Shown in pieces: positions 55,507 to 64,000 of a stretch of DNA of 64,000 bases. Made by a program: the position numbers and the translations under genes. Under the pieces are notes generated by a model. That model ran no database searches. It saw nothing but the letters and a program-made list of their open reading frames with translations, and was not told the origin of the DNA. Source of the DNA: an uncultured delta proteobacterium (GTDB taxonomy: Bacteria > Desulfobacterota > Binatia > Binatales > Binataceae); NCBI GenBank assembly GCA_963808235.1, contig CAWEEQ010000004.1, positions 2,619,611 through 2,683,610 of the forward strand, read 5' to 3'. Position 1 is the first letter of the stretch. Every line of letters begins with the position of its first letter.

Positions 55507-56696
55507 TGGTTCGAGTTCCTTACTCCCCGGGTTTTTTTGAGCGCCGCCCGATAGAGCTCAAGCGTCCGTTCAGCCATCGAGTCCATCGAGTATTTGTTTT
55601 CCGCATGCGCACGCGCCGCCGCACCCATGTTTGCTCGGAGCTCGGCGGATTTTGCCAGCCAGGAGATCGCAGATCCGATTTCATCTGCACGACCGGGCGC
55701 GACCAATATCCCGGTGATGTCGTGCTCGACGACTTCGCGGAGTCCGCCGACAGCGCTCGCGATCGCGGGCAATCCGCTTGCCATGGCTTCCAGAGCCGCA
55801 ACGCCGAGACCCTCATTCAGGGAAGGCATCGCGAATATGTCCGACGCCCACAGCAGTTCGCGCGGATGCTCGATTCGGCCAAGCATCGTAACATGCTGGG
55901 CGCATCCAAGCTCAGCGATCTGGCGCACCAGATCCCGGCGAATCGATCCCTCGCCCGCGATGAAGCACCTGACCGGGAAGGCTGACTCCGCCAGAGTCGC
56001 GATCGCTTCGACCAGATAGCGATGACCCTTGCGAGCTTCGAGCGCGCCGACCGCGGTTATCGCAATCTCGTCTTCTCCTATTCCGAGTGCCGCTCGCGCG
56101 CCGGCGCGTTGATCGGCGGTCGGAGGATGGAAGCGCTCGCAATCGACTCCGCTTGGAACAACCGCGATGCGAGCGCGATCTACATTAGCCGCCGCCAGAG
56201 AATCGGCAACGCCGCCAGAAATCGCGACCACGCAATCGACCGCACGATTGAACAGGTACGGCGCGAAAATACGATTGGGCCGGTAGTCCATGCGGCGCGT
56301 GACAAACAACGCCGGCGCAAACCCGCGCACCAGCGGCGCCATCGAATGCGCGCGTGAAGTGTGGAAGTGGACGATGTCGTAGTGCTCACGTTTGAGAATT
56401 CCGCGCAGCCGGATCGCGGCGGGAATGTCAACCGCGTTGCGGATTCGCAGAGGATGGCATCGGATACCGGCATTGGCTGCCCGCTCCCAGAGCCGGGCCG
56501 CCGGATCGCAAATCAGTTCAGCGCTGTGGCCGGCCGCGATCAGCGCAAGCGTCAGGCCCATAACCTGGGTCTCGCCACCGCCGAAGCCGAGTTCGGGATC
56601 GACGCCTGCGATGCGCAGCCGTGACATAGGGACAGTGTTCGGTTGCGGGGCCAGCGACTGGGCGGGTGCAGATTTCATATTATAGTTTGATCGCAT
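55503..56696 (-). CDS. glycosyltransferase family 1 (GT4)
   Basis: LNEGLGVAALEAMASGLPAIASAVGGLREVVEHDITG. Confidence 0.85.
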   Translation of the reverse strand: MRSNYNMKSAPAQSLAPQPNTVPMSRLRIAGVDPELGFGGGETQVMGLTLALIAAGHSAELICDPAARLWERAANAGIRCHPLRIRNAVDIPAAIRLRGILKREHYDIVHFHTSRAHSMAPLVRGFAPALFVTRRMDYRPNRIFAPYLFNRAVDCVVAISGGVADSLAAANVDRARIAVVPSGVDCERFHPPTADQRAGARAALGIGEDEIAITAVGALEARKGHRYLVEAIATLAESAFPVRCFIAGEGSIRRDLVRQIAELGCAQHVTMLGRIEHPRELLWASDIFAMPSLNEGLGVAALEAMASGLPAIASAVGGLREVVEHDITGILVAPGRADEIGSAISWLAKSAELRANMGAAARAHAENKYSMDSMAERTLELYRAALKKTRGVRNSNQ

Positions 56697-57388
56697 CAGT
56701 CGAAGAATCGGTAATACAAAATTGCGCCCACCGCGCTCAGCGCATCGCGGAATCCGATCTTCTTGCCCTCCTCGTAGGTGCGTCCCGAGTACGAGACCGG
56801 TACTTCATATATTCGCCATCGCGCGCGCGCCGCCTTGGCCGTTACCTCCGGCTCGAAGGTAAAGCGATTTGCGCTGAGCTTGAGGGTGACGAGCTTCTCG
56901 CGCACGAAAGCTTTCATGCCGGTTTCCATGTCGGTCAGATTCAAGTCGCTGATCATGTCGGAGAGCAGGGTCACGCTGCGGTTGGCCACGTAATGCCAGA
57001 AGAACATCACACGATGAGGACCGGATAGGAAGCGCGAGCCATAAACCATATCGGCGCGGCCGTCGAGCAAAGGCGGAATCATCGCGGCGTAATCTTTTGG
57101 ATCGTATTCGAGGTCGGCGTCCTGCACGAAGAGGTATGGATTTTTCGCGGCGGCAAAACCAAGCCTCAGCGCGGCGCCTTTGCCACGATTGACGGCGTGA
57201 TAAAAGCACTGCACGCGTGGATGATTGAACTTTTGTAGAAATTCGCGAGTCCCGTCCGTGGAAGCATCGTCGACCACGATAACTTCAGCGTCGAATCCGC
57301 AGTCGAGTACGCGCTCGATCACGCGGCCGATGGTGTTGGCTTCGTTGTAGACCGGGATCACCACCGAAATCTTCGCCGGAGCCATCAA
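56696..57388 (-). CDS. GT2 polyprenyl-phosphate glycosyltransferase (DPM1/ArnC-like)
   Basis: ISVVIPVYNEANTIGRVIER...VVDDASTDGT...VQDADLEYDP. Confidence 0.8.
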   Translation of the reverse strand: MMAPAKISVVIPVYNEANTIGRVIERVLDCGFDAEVIVVDDASTDGTREFLQKFNHPRVQCFYHAVNRGKGAALRLGFAAAKNPYLFVQDADLEYDPKDYAAMIPPLLDGRADMVYGSRFLSGPHRVMFFWHYVANRSVTLLSDMISDLNLTDMETGMKAFVREKLVTLKLSANRFTFEPEVTAKAARARWRIYEVPVSYSGRTYEEGKKIGFRDALSAVGAILYYRFFD

Positions 57389-58095
57389 CCCTCCCTTGCC
57401 TCCCTGCGCTCGGGCCGAATCTCTTCCGCAGCTTGCGCGAGATCCCGGTCACGCGCAATTCGCGCCCGCAGCATCTGCGCAACGCGCCGGCGCGTCGTGC
57501 GCCGGCGCCGGGGCGGCATCGCCGCCGAATAACCGCACCACACCCGCATACGATCGGTATTGCTGATCGTCTTGAGGTCGAGATGGCCGAGTTGAACGAG
57601 ATTGCGCATCCGCGGCCGCTCGAAGCGGCTAAGAATCGTGCGCCGGGTGCGATCGTGATCGATAAACACAAACTGCGGCGGATTCACGCCGGTGACGAAA
57701 ATATTATACGGGGTGAGATCGCCATGGAGATAACCGGCGCGATGCAGCCGCGCGACCTCCCCGCCGAGTGCGCGCAGGATTCCGCGTTTTGCCGCAAGCG
57801 TCTCGCGCCGCAGGCGCAGGTGCCGCGGAATGTTCCAACCGTCGACGGCCGCGGTCGCCACGATCTCGCGGCCGCCGTGCTGTTCCGCACCGAGCAGCAA
57901 AATTTCGGGAACGCCAATCCCGTCGCCGCGAAGATGCTCCGATATGCGCGCGACGTGCGCGACCCGCGAGCCCTTGAACATCCGCCGGATCGAGAGCGGT
58001 CCGCGAGTCGCGTCAATCACCTTGAAGTAGACAAACGGGCCGCTGGCGCCGCCCAGACGCTCGCGCCAGGTCTCCGCGTGACGCGAGCGACGCAC
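57385..58095 (-). CDS. lipopolysaccharide kinase family protein (Kdo/WaaP/InaA-like)
   Basis: LHGDLTPYNIFV catalytic loop, FIDHDRT. GTG start; start uncertain (see finding). Confidence 0.6.
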   Translation of the reverse strand: MRRSRHAETWRERLGGASGPFVYFKVIDATRGPLSIRRMFKGSRVAHVARISEHLRGDGIGVPEILLLGAEQHGGREIVATAAVDGWNIPRHLRLRRETLAAKRGILRALGGEVARLHRAGYLHGDLTPYNIFVTGVNPPQFVFIDHDRTRRTILSRFERPRMRNLVQLGHLDLKTISNTDRMRVWCGYSAAMPPRRRRTTRRRVAQMLRARIARDRDLAQAAEEIRPERREAREG

Positions 58096-58248
58096 GCATT
58101 TGGCCAGAGTCCCGTCGATGGCCGCGAACGCGGAATCGATCAGAACTTCGCGAAGTTCTTCGGAAAATCGCGCGTCGTAGTCAAGCAGGAACAGAACCCA
58201 TCCCCCCCGCCTGAGCGGTACGCCCTCGAACCCAGAACGTCCACCAGT

Positions 58249-59322
58249 TCAATTCGACGCTCCGCGCAGATCGAGCGCGCGCCGTAAGGCCGCACTGACT
58301 TCGCCCGGGGATATTCGCCGCATGCATTCCCGCCCGATCGGGCATTGGCGAAGATAGCAGGGATGACATGGGATCTCGCCGCTGACGGCGAATTCGGCAA
58401 AGCCCCACGGCGCGGAACGTTCGGCCGCGGTCGCGCCCCAGAGCGACACGACGGGACATCCGACGGCCGCCGCGATATGCATCGGGCCTGAGTCGGGACC
58501 GAACGCCGCGGCGCATTCCTGGAAGACCGCGATCAGGTCGCGAAGCGAGGTGCGGCCGGCAAGATTCAGCGCCGGCGTATCGCCAAGATGACGCATCACG
58601 TCGCCGGCGAGCCCGGTCTCATCGGGACCGCCGAGCAAAACTGGAAACAGTGCTGGAGAATTTGTGCCGGCGCGCACCAGTTCGGTGATTACCGCTGCGG
58701 TCGATTCGGGGAAGTAGATGCGGCTCGGCCACGACGAACCGAGAATGACGGCGAGTCGCGGCCGCGGCGCATCGGTGAGGATTGCACGCGCACGATCGCG
58801 TTCCTGATCAGACGCGGTCAGTCCAAATTCAATGGGCGCCGGTGGAATTTCGAGCGCGTCGCCGAACGCCTGGTACTGAAGCAGCTTCAGTCGCATGTTG
58901 GGCTGTGGCGCAATGTGATGATTGGAAAAGAGATGGTTGAACTCCTTGGTGTTCACCGCGGAGAAACCAAATCGATCGCAAGCGCCAGAGACTCTCGACG
59001 CGAGCCCGCTCTTTAGATGGCGCTGAAGGTCGAGGACCAGGTCGAAGCCTCCGCCGCGAATCCGGTTCAGGAAGGGAAGAAAGGTCCACGGCGCGTGAGC
59101 GCGATCGTACATGATCACCTGGTCGAGCCAGGGATGATTCTCGAGCAGTGGAGCCGATTTCGGTTCGACAGCCCACCCGATATGCGCGTCCGGCCACGCG
59201 TGGCGGATGCGTCCGAGCAACGGAAGTGCGCGAACAACGTCGCCAATGGCGCCGAGCAGCACGATCAGCACGCGGCGCGGGCGCGTCATAATTTGCGGAG
59301 CGATGGCTTCGGCAGCGGACAT
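58249..59322 (-). CDS. GT9 ADP-heptose:LPS heptosyltransferase (WaaF/WaaC family)
   Basis: RVLIVLLGAIGDVVRALPLL...DSGPMHIAAAVGCPVVSLWG. Confidence 0.8.
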   Translation of the reverse strand: MSAAEAIAPQIMTRPRRVLIVLLGAIGDVVRALPLLGRIRHAWPDAHIGWAVEPKSAPLLENHPWLDQVIMYDRAHAPWTFLPFLNRIRGGGFDLVLDLQRHLKSGLASRVSGACDRFGFSAVNTKEFNHLFSNHHIAPQPNMRLKLLQYQAFGDALEIPPAPIEFGLTASDQERDRARAILTDAPRPRLAVILGSSWPSRIYFPESTAAVITELVRAGTNSPALFPVLLGGPDETGLAGDVMRHLGDTPALNLAGRTSLRDLIAVFQECAAAFGPDSGPMHIAAAVGCPVVSLWGATAAERSAPWGFAEFAVSGEIPCHPCYLRQCPIGRECMRRISPGEVSAALRRALDLRGASN

Positions 59323-59482
59323 CCGTAGAGGTGCTCGAGTCTCAGTTCGACTCCGACCGGTCGATCATAACGACCAAGGCGAGCCGGGCAAAGAGCGGGC
59401 GGGTAACCGTTAAGCCCGCAATTGTTCGGAGACGCGCCATCTGCGTATAAGAGGCGCTGGGGGTTGGCGGAGGAGATTCCAC

Positions 59483-61888
59483 TTGACGACGGGACTGCGC
59501 GATCCGGGCGATCTGACCGGACCGGTAACTTTTCTTTTGTTGTGTCTCATTGCGCTGGTTGTGATCCGCGGCAGCGAGGCGCCATCTATCGGCGTGACGG
59601 AACCGCCCGCGTCGGAATTCTCGCCGGCGCGCGCGATGCGCGACGTGCGGGCAATCGCGGTGCGGCCTCATCCAGTCTCATCCACCGAGCACGAACGGGT
59701 ACTCGAATATATCGTCGGGCGGCTGCAGGAACTCGGCGCGAATCCTGAAGTTCAGACTGCGACCGTCGCGCGGCACATTCCGTTCGGGCCCGATACGTGG
59801 GCCGTGGTGCGCAATATCGTAGGACGGGTCCCGGGCCTGGCAACAGATCCCGCGAAAAAATCTACCGGCGCGGTGATGCTGGTCGCGCACTATGACTCTG
59901 TGCCAAGCGGGCCGGGCGCGGGCGACGATGCCGCGTCGGTCGCGGCAATCCTGGAGACGATTCGCGCGCTGAAAGCCGGCCGCGCGCTGCGCAACGATCT
60001 CATCGTGCTGTTCACCGATGGCGAGGAACTCGGCTTACTGGGCGCCAAGGCTTTCGTCGAAACGTACCCGACTCTGCGCGAGGTCAAGGTCGTGCTGAAC
60101 TTCGAGTTTCGCGGCGACGAAGGGCCGTCGATGATGTTCCAGACCAGTGAGCGCAATCAATGGCTGGTCGATCAGTTCGCAGCCGCGGCGCCATTTCCGC
60201 GCGCGACCTCGGCGGCGGTATCGGTGTATCGGAGAATGCCGAGCGACACGGACCTTACTGTTTTTCTTGCGACCGGAGTCGACGGTATGGATTTCGCGCC
60301 ATCGGGCGGGATTACCCGTTATCACACGGAACTCGACAACGCCGACCAGCTCGACCCGCGCTCGCTTCAGCATCAGGGAATGTACGCGCTGTCGATGGCG
60401 CGGCAGTTTGGATCGATAGCGTTGAGCGATCCTCGATTCGACGACCAGGTCTTTTTTGTCGCCGGCGGCATCCTGATGCATTACACGAAGCATTTCGCGC
60501 TACCGCTTGCCTTGCTGGTGGCGATGCTGGTTGCCGGCGGATTGGGAATCGGAATTTACGACGGACGATTTAACGCCGGAGGTATCGCCGCGGGAGCTGC
60601 GATCTATGCCCTTGCGCTCGTTGTCGCGGTGTTGGAGGCACGCGGCACGTGGGGACTAATGTCCGAGCTGGCGGGCTACCAGATGCTGCCGTGTGGAACG
60701 ACCTACGGCGGCGGGTGCTACTCGGTCGCGGCGCTCGCAATCATTTTCTGCACATTGTGGACGACATACGTTTTGATGAGCCGGAGGATTCGCGCGCAAA
60801 ACCTCGGTGCGGGTGCGCTGATTGTCTGGACGGTGCTTATGCTCGCCGTCAGCGTCGGATTTCCCGGCGGCAGCTATATGTTCACCTGGCCGCTGTTGTT
60901 TGCGACGCTCGCAATCAGTTATCGCTCGGGCGCGACACTGGAACGCGCATCGATTCGGCCCGCGATTCTTGCGCTCGTCGGGTTGGTGCCGGGCACCGCG
61001 ATGATAGCGCCGGCCTTCGTCGCTTCGCCGGATGGAACGCTGCTCTTCCTCGTACTATCGGGACTGACAGCCGCACTTCTGTTTGGCCTATTGATCCCTT
61101 ACATGGACTGGCTGACGAGCGGCTGGCGATGGTTCGTGCCGTCGGTGTCGGGATTTCTCGCGCTTGTCATGATCATCGAGGGTCTCGGGGCGAGCAGGTT
61201 CGACGCGACCCGGCCGCATCCGGACAGTATCTTTTATGTTCTCGACACGGATCGCGGACGAGCGACGTGGGCGAGCCTGGATTCGCAGCCCGACGTTTTC
61301 ACCGCGCAATTTTTCCATCGTCACGTGCGCGCGGGATGGCTCGCGCGGCTGACAGGGCTGGCGACAATCGACGCGGCGAACGATACGCTCAAACGAATTC
61401 CGGTCTTGCGCAATTTCGCTTATCTCAATCATGGGCGAACGATCGAAGGCGACGCGCCGGCGATCAAGGCGGCTGCGCCGGAAATCAAGGTACTCGATGA
61501 CGCGAGCAAAGACGGCGCGCGCGCGGTTAGGATTCATATCGCGTCGGAGCGCAACGCGCCGATCGTGTGGATGTCGGTGCCGTTCGGCGTGACGGTTCTG
61601 GGCAGTTCGATCGACGGCAAATCGGCGGGCGACCGAATCACCAACGGATGGACCGGGTGGTATTGGAACGCGCCGCCAACTGGTTTCGACCTTGAGCTCA
61701 AGCTCGCGGCGCAGGGGCCATTCGCGCTGACCGTGATCGATCAGACTGCGGAATTACCGGAGACGCCTGGGTTTTCGTTCGAGCCTCGCGGAACGGCCAT
61801 GATGCCGACGCCGTTTCTCTTTTTCGACTCGGCAACCCTTGTCACAAGGACGATCGCAATCGGCGGCGAGGCGTTAACGACGCGGTGA
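59483..61888 (+). CDS. membrane-bound M28-family zinc peptidase (N-terminal peptidase domain + multi-TM region + C-terminal domain)
   Basis: VAHYDSVPSGPGAGDDAASVAAILE...LFTDGEELGLLGAKAF (M28 Zn ligands), followed by at least 8 TM helices. Confidence 0.8.
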   Translation: MTTGLRDPGDLTGPVTFLLLCLIALVVIRGSEAPSIGVTEPPASEFSPARAMRDVRAIAVRPHPVSSTEHERVLEYIVGRLQELGANPEVQTATVARHIPFGPDTWAVVRNIVGRVPGLATDPAKKSTGAVMLVAHYDSVPSGPGAGDDAASVAAILETIRALKAGRALRNDLIVLFTDGEELGLLGAKAFVETYPTLREVKVVLNFEFRGDEGPSMMFQTSERNQWLVDQFAAAAPFPRATSAAVSVYRRMPSDTDLTVFLATGVDGMDFAPSGGITRYHTELDNADQLDPRSLQHQGMYALSMARQFGSIALSDPRFDDQVFFVAGGILMHYTKHFALPLALLVAMLVAGGLGIGIYDGRFNAGGIAAGAAIYALALVVAVLEARGTWGLMSELAGYQMLPCGTTYGGGCYSVAALAIIFCTLWTTYVLMSRRIRAQNLGAGALIVWTVLMLAVSVGFPGGSYMFTWPLLFATLAISYRSGATLERASIRPAILALVGLVPGTAMIAPAFVASPDGTLLFLVLSGLTAALLFGLLIPYMDWLTSGWRWFVPSVSGFLALVMIIEGLGASRFDATRPHPDSIFYVLDTDRGRATWASLDSQPDVFTAQFFHRHVRAGWLARLTGLATIDAANDTLKRIPVLRNFAYLNHGRTIEGDAPAIKAAAPEIKVLDDASKDGARAVRIHIASERNAPIVWMSVPFGVTVLGSSIDGKSAGDRITNGWTGWYWNAPPTGFDLELKLAAQGPFALTVIDQTAELPETPGFSFEPRGTAMMPTPFLFFDSATLVTRTIAIGGEALTTR

Positions 61889-61909
61889 GCAAAGCGCGAT
61901 GCAGACCGA

Positions 61910-63124
61910 TCACCGATCGCATTCGCCGCCGATCATGTTGACCATCCCGAAGGTCGTGATGATGTCGGGGATCATGTGGCCGATCAGCATTTTGTGGAGC
62001 ACGCCCATCCCGAGAAAACACGGCGGCCTGACTCGCACCCGGTACGGACGCCCGCTGCCGTCGCTCACGACGTAAAATCCCAACTCGCCGTTGGCGCCCT
62101 CGACCGCCTGGTAAATTTCGCCCGCGGGCACGTGGATGCCTTCCATGATGAGCTTGAAATGGTTCATCAGGCCTTCGATCGAGTTGTACACTTTCTCTTT
62201 TTCGGGCAGCACGATTTTAGGATCGGTGATCGTCACTGGCCCCTCCGGAAGGGACTTAACCGCCTGCTCGATGATTCGCTTTGATTGATACATCTCGCGG
62301 AAGCGCACGTTGAAGCGGTCGTAGTTGTCGCCTTGCTCGCCGACCGGGACTTCGAAATCCATTCGATCGTAGACGAGATATGGATGCGCCTTGCGGACGT
62401 CGTATGAGACCCCAGTCGCGCGCAGCAGCGGCCCGGTGAGGCCGTAGGAGATCGCGTCCCGCTTCGGCAGAATCCCGACACCCGACATCCGATCGATGAA
62501 CACGCGATTGCGGCTCAGCAGTTTGTCGCAGTCGCTCAAGACCTGGTCGATCCTGACGAATGCGGCCTTCATCCGATCCGCAAAGTCGGCGGGAAGATCG
62601 TGAGTCATGCCGCCCACGCGGCACCATGTCACCGTCAGCCGCGCGCCGGTCACCGATTCGATCAAATCGTAAAGGAACTCGCGCGCCTCGAGCATGAACA
62701 TAAACACGGTCGCTGCGCCGACCTCGTTGGAAGCCGCCCCAAGGCAGGTCAGATGGTCGGCGATGCGCGAGACCTCGCTCATGATCATGCGCACGTACTT
62801 GCATCGCTCAGTCGTCTCGACTCCGAGCAGGCGCTCGACGGCGAGCGCAAAGCCGACGTTGTTGATGCACGGCGACGCGTAGTTGAGCCGGTCGGTGTAC
62901 GGGAAGCATTGGGTCCAGGTGCCCTGCTCGCACATCTTTTCGAATCCGCGATGCAGGTAGCCGACCTCGACGTCGCAATCGACGATCCGCTCGCCGTCGA
63001 GCTTCAGGTTGAACTTGATGGTGCCGTGGGACGCGGGATGCGACGGCCCCATCTGGAGTTCCATTATCTCGTCGGACGGATCCGACGGCACGATTTTATC
63101 TTCCCAGCGCGCGGGTAGTGCCAT
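61910..63124 (-). CDS. nuoD: NADH-quinone oxidoreductase subunit D
   Basis: LQMGPSHPASHGTIKFNLKLDGERIV...GYLHRGFEKM. Start set at MALPARWEDK (63124). Confidence 0.9.
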   Translation of the reverse strand: MALPARWEDKIVPSDPSDEIMELQMGPSHPASHGTIKFNLKLDGERIVDCDVEVGYLHRGFEKMCEQGTWTQCFPYTDRLNYASPCINNVGFALAVERLLGVETTERCKYVRMIMSEVSRIADHLTCLGAASNEVGAATVFMFMLEAREFLYDLIESVTGARLTVTWCRVGGMTHDLPADFADRMKAAFVRIDQVLSDCDKLLSRNRVFIDRMSGVGILPKRDAISYGLTGPLLRATGVSYDVRKAHPYLVYDRMDFEVPVGEQGDNYDRFNVRFREMYQSKRIIEQAVKSLPEGPVTITDPKIVLPEKEKVYNSIEGLMNHFKLIMEGIHVPAGEIYQAVEGANGELGFYVVSDGSGRPYRVRVRPPCFLGMGVLHKMLIGHMIPDIITTFGMVNMIGGECDR

Positions 63125-63146
63125 GATTTTTTTCACGTCTGCGTCT

Positions 63147-63647
63147 TCAGCGCGAGGAGCGGATCGGATGCACGATCGGATCGATCTCCTCAACGATGGG
63201 CTGGCGTTTGTTGTAGAGATAATCCTTGCGCAGCGGATGGCCCTCGAATGAATCGTACATCAGGATGCGGCGCAGGTCGGGATGGCCCTTGAAATTGATT
63301 CCGAACATGTCGAAGCATTCGCGCTCCAGCCAATCGGCCGCGCCCCAGATGCCGACGATGCTGTGCACCCACGGGTCGGCACCATCTACGCCTATTTTGA
63401 CCCGGAGGCGATGACCCAGGGTCAGCGAATTCAGTTGGTAGACGACATCGAAGCGCGGATTGCGCTCGAGCCAGTCAACCGCTGTCAAGTCGGTCAGGAA
63501 GTTGAACTCGAAGCCGGGTTCGTCGCGGAGCGCGCGAAAAAAATCGTACCCATGCTCGCGGCCGATGGTGACAGTTTCCTCGCCGCGAGCGTCTTCGCTA
63601 TCGAGGATCTCCGCGCCGAAGCGCTGCTTTAATTTTTCGATCAACAT
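63147..63647 (-). CDS. nuoC: NADH-quinone oxidoreductase subunit C
   Basis: LTDLTAVDWLERNPRFDVVYQLNSLTLGHRLRVKIGV...ECFDMFGINFKGHPD. Confidence 0.9.
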   Translation of the reverse strand: MLIEKLKQRFGAEILDSEDARGEETVTIGREHGYDFFRALRDEPGFEFNFLTDLTAVDWLERNPRFDVVYQLNSLTLGHRLRVKIGVDGADPWVHSIVGIWGAADWLERECFDMFGINFKGHPDLRRILMYDSFEGHPLRKDYLYNKRQPIVEEIDPIVHPIRSSR

Positions 63648-63653
63648 TGAGAA

Positions 63654-64000
63654 TCAATCCCAATCCAGCGCGCCGCGCTGCCACGCGTAAACGAGACCCA
63701 CCACAAGTATCGAGATGAAAATCAGCGCCTCGACGAAACCAAACATCCCAAGATGCCGCAGCTCGACCGCCCACGGATAGAGAAAAATCACTTCCACATC
63801 GAAGAGCAGGAACAGGATCGCGGTCAGGTAAAATCGCACCGTAAAGCGACCCCATGCCGAACCGCTCGGCGGGTTGCCGCATTCGAACGCCTCTCCCTTC
63901 ACCTGGCTCGGTCGAGAGGGGCCGACAAGCATGTTGATGGTGCACATCACGCCGACAATCACGGCGGCGAGGACGATCGTCACAGCGATGGGGAACCAGG
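63654..64000 (-). CDS. nuoA: NADH-quinone oxidoreductase subunit A (N-terminus beyond window end)
   Basis: ECGNPP...FDVEVIFLYPWAV...ALDW. The frame stays open upstream of the listed GTG through position 64000 (WFPIAV...). Confidence 0.8.
   Translation of the reverse strand, partial: WFPIAVTIVLAAVIVGVMCTINMLVGPSRPSQVKGEAFECGNPPSGSAWGRFTVRFYLTAILFLLFDVEVIFLYPWAVELRHLGMFGFVEALIFISILVVGLVYAWQRGALDWD

Noticed and set aside
58196-58260. tRNA-like T-arm sequence (gggttcgag) near the hepto-kinase junction
   Set aside because: No acceptor stem or anticodon arm could be folded around it. It is coding or intergenic, not a tRNA.

Overview
This is a high-GC (about 62-66% by eye) segment of a Gram-negative (diderm) chromosome, densely coded on both strands, with no rRNA, tRNA, CRISPR or obvious mobile elements found. 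It carries seven recognisable gene groups:
(1) 0-12.5 kb: a surface-polysaccharide (O-antigen/EPS-like) locus. It has a partial MBOAT acyltransferase, GT4/GT2 glycosyltransferases, two SAM methyltransferases, a CDP-6-deoxyhexose pathway (rfbF frameshifted, rfbG, RmlC-like 3,5-epimerase, SDR reductase) and a roughly 1090-aa secreted beta-helix + LamG protein.
(2) 12.6-21.3 kb: mixed housekeeping and accessory genes (GT87/DUF2029 membrane GT, moaA, TPR lipoprotein, flavin reductase, GH88/105-like hydrolase, IDH-family dehydrogenase, SGNH hydrolase, LysE exporter, RIO kinase). A candidate small RNA or micro-ORF with promoter and terminator lies at about 20.2-20.4 kb.
(3) 21.5-49.9 kb: a large outer-membrane biogenesis super-cluster. 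It runs lpxL, an orphan gspD-type secretin with Gly-rich and Ser/Ala-rich repeat regions, divergent lolC/E-lolD, bamA-skp-fabZ-lpxA-lpxI, a GnnA-like Gfo/Idh/MocA oxidoreductase, then lpxB-msbA-waaA-lpxK-trm112-GT87-Kdo kinase. The cluster has no lpxD between skp and fabZ. An approximately 8.3-kb copper/thiol-redox island (33.8-42.1 kb) splits it, carrying a Cys-ribbon protein, SCO1 x2, CopC-CopD, TlpA, rhodanese, MauE/DoxX and a PCYCGC protein. Inside the island is a duplicated, apparently uncharacterised two-gene module: a roughly 105-aa single-TM protein ending in a conserved TPxPPPKSL motif, followed by a roughly 325-aa exported protein. This module is the most novel-looking element in the window.
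(4) 50-51.3 kb: a secreted beta-propeller-like hypothetical.
(5) 51.3-55.5 kb: ridA, rel (RelA/SpoT), gmk and yicC.
(6) 55.5-59.3 kb: an LPS-core cluster (GT4, GT2, LPS kinase, GT9 heptosyltransferase).
(7) 59.5-64 kb: a membrane M28 peptidase and the start of a nuo operon that reads nuoA-nuoC-nuoD with no nuoB between A and C.
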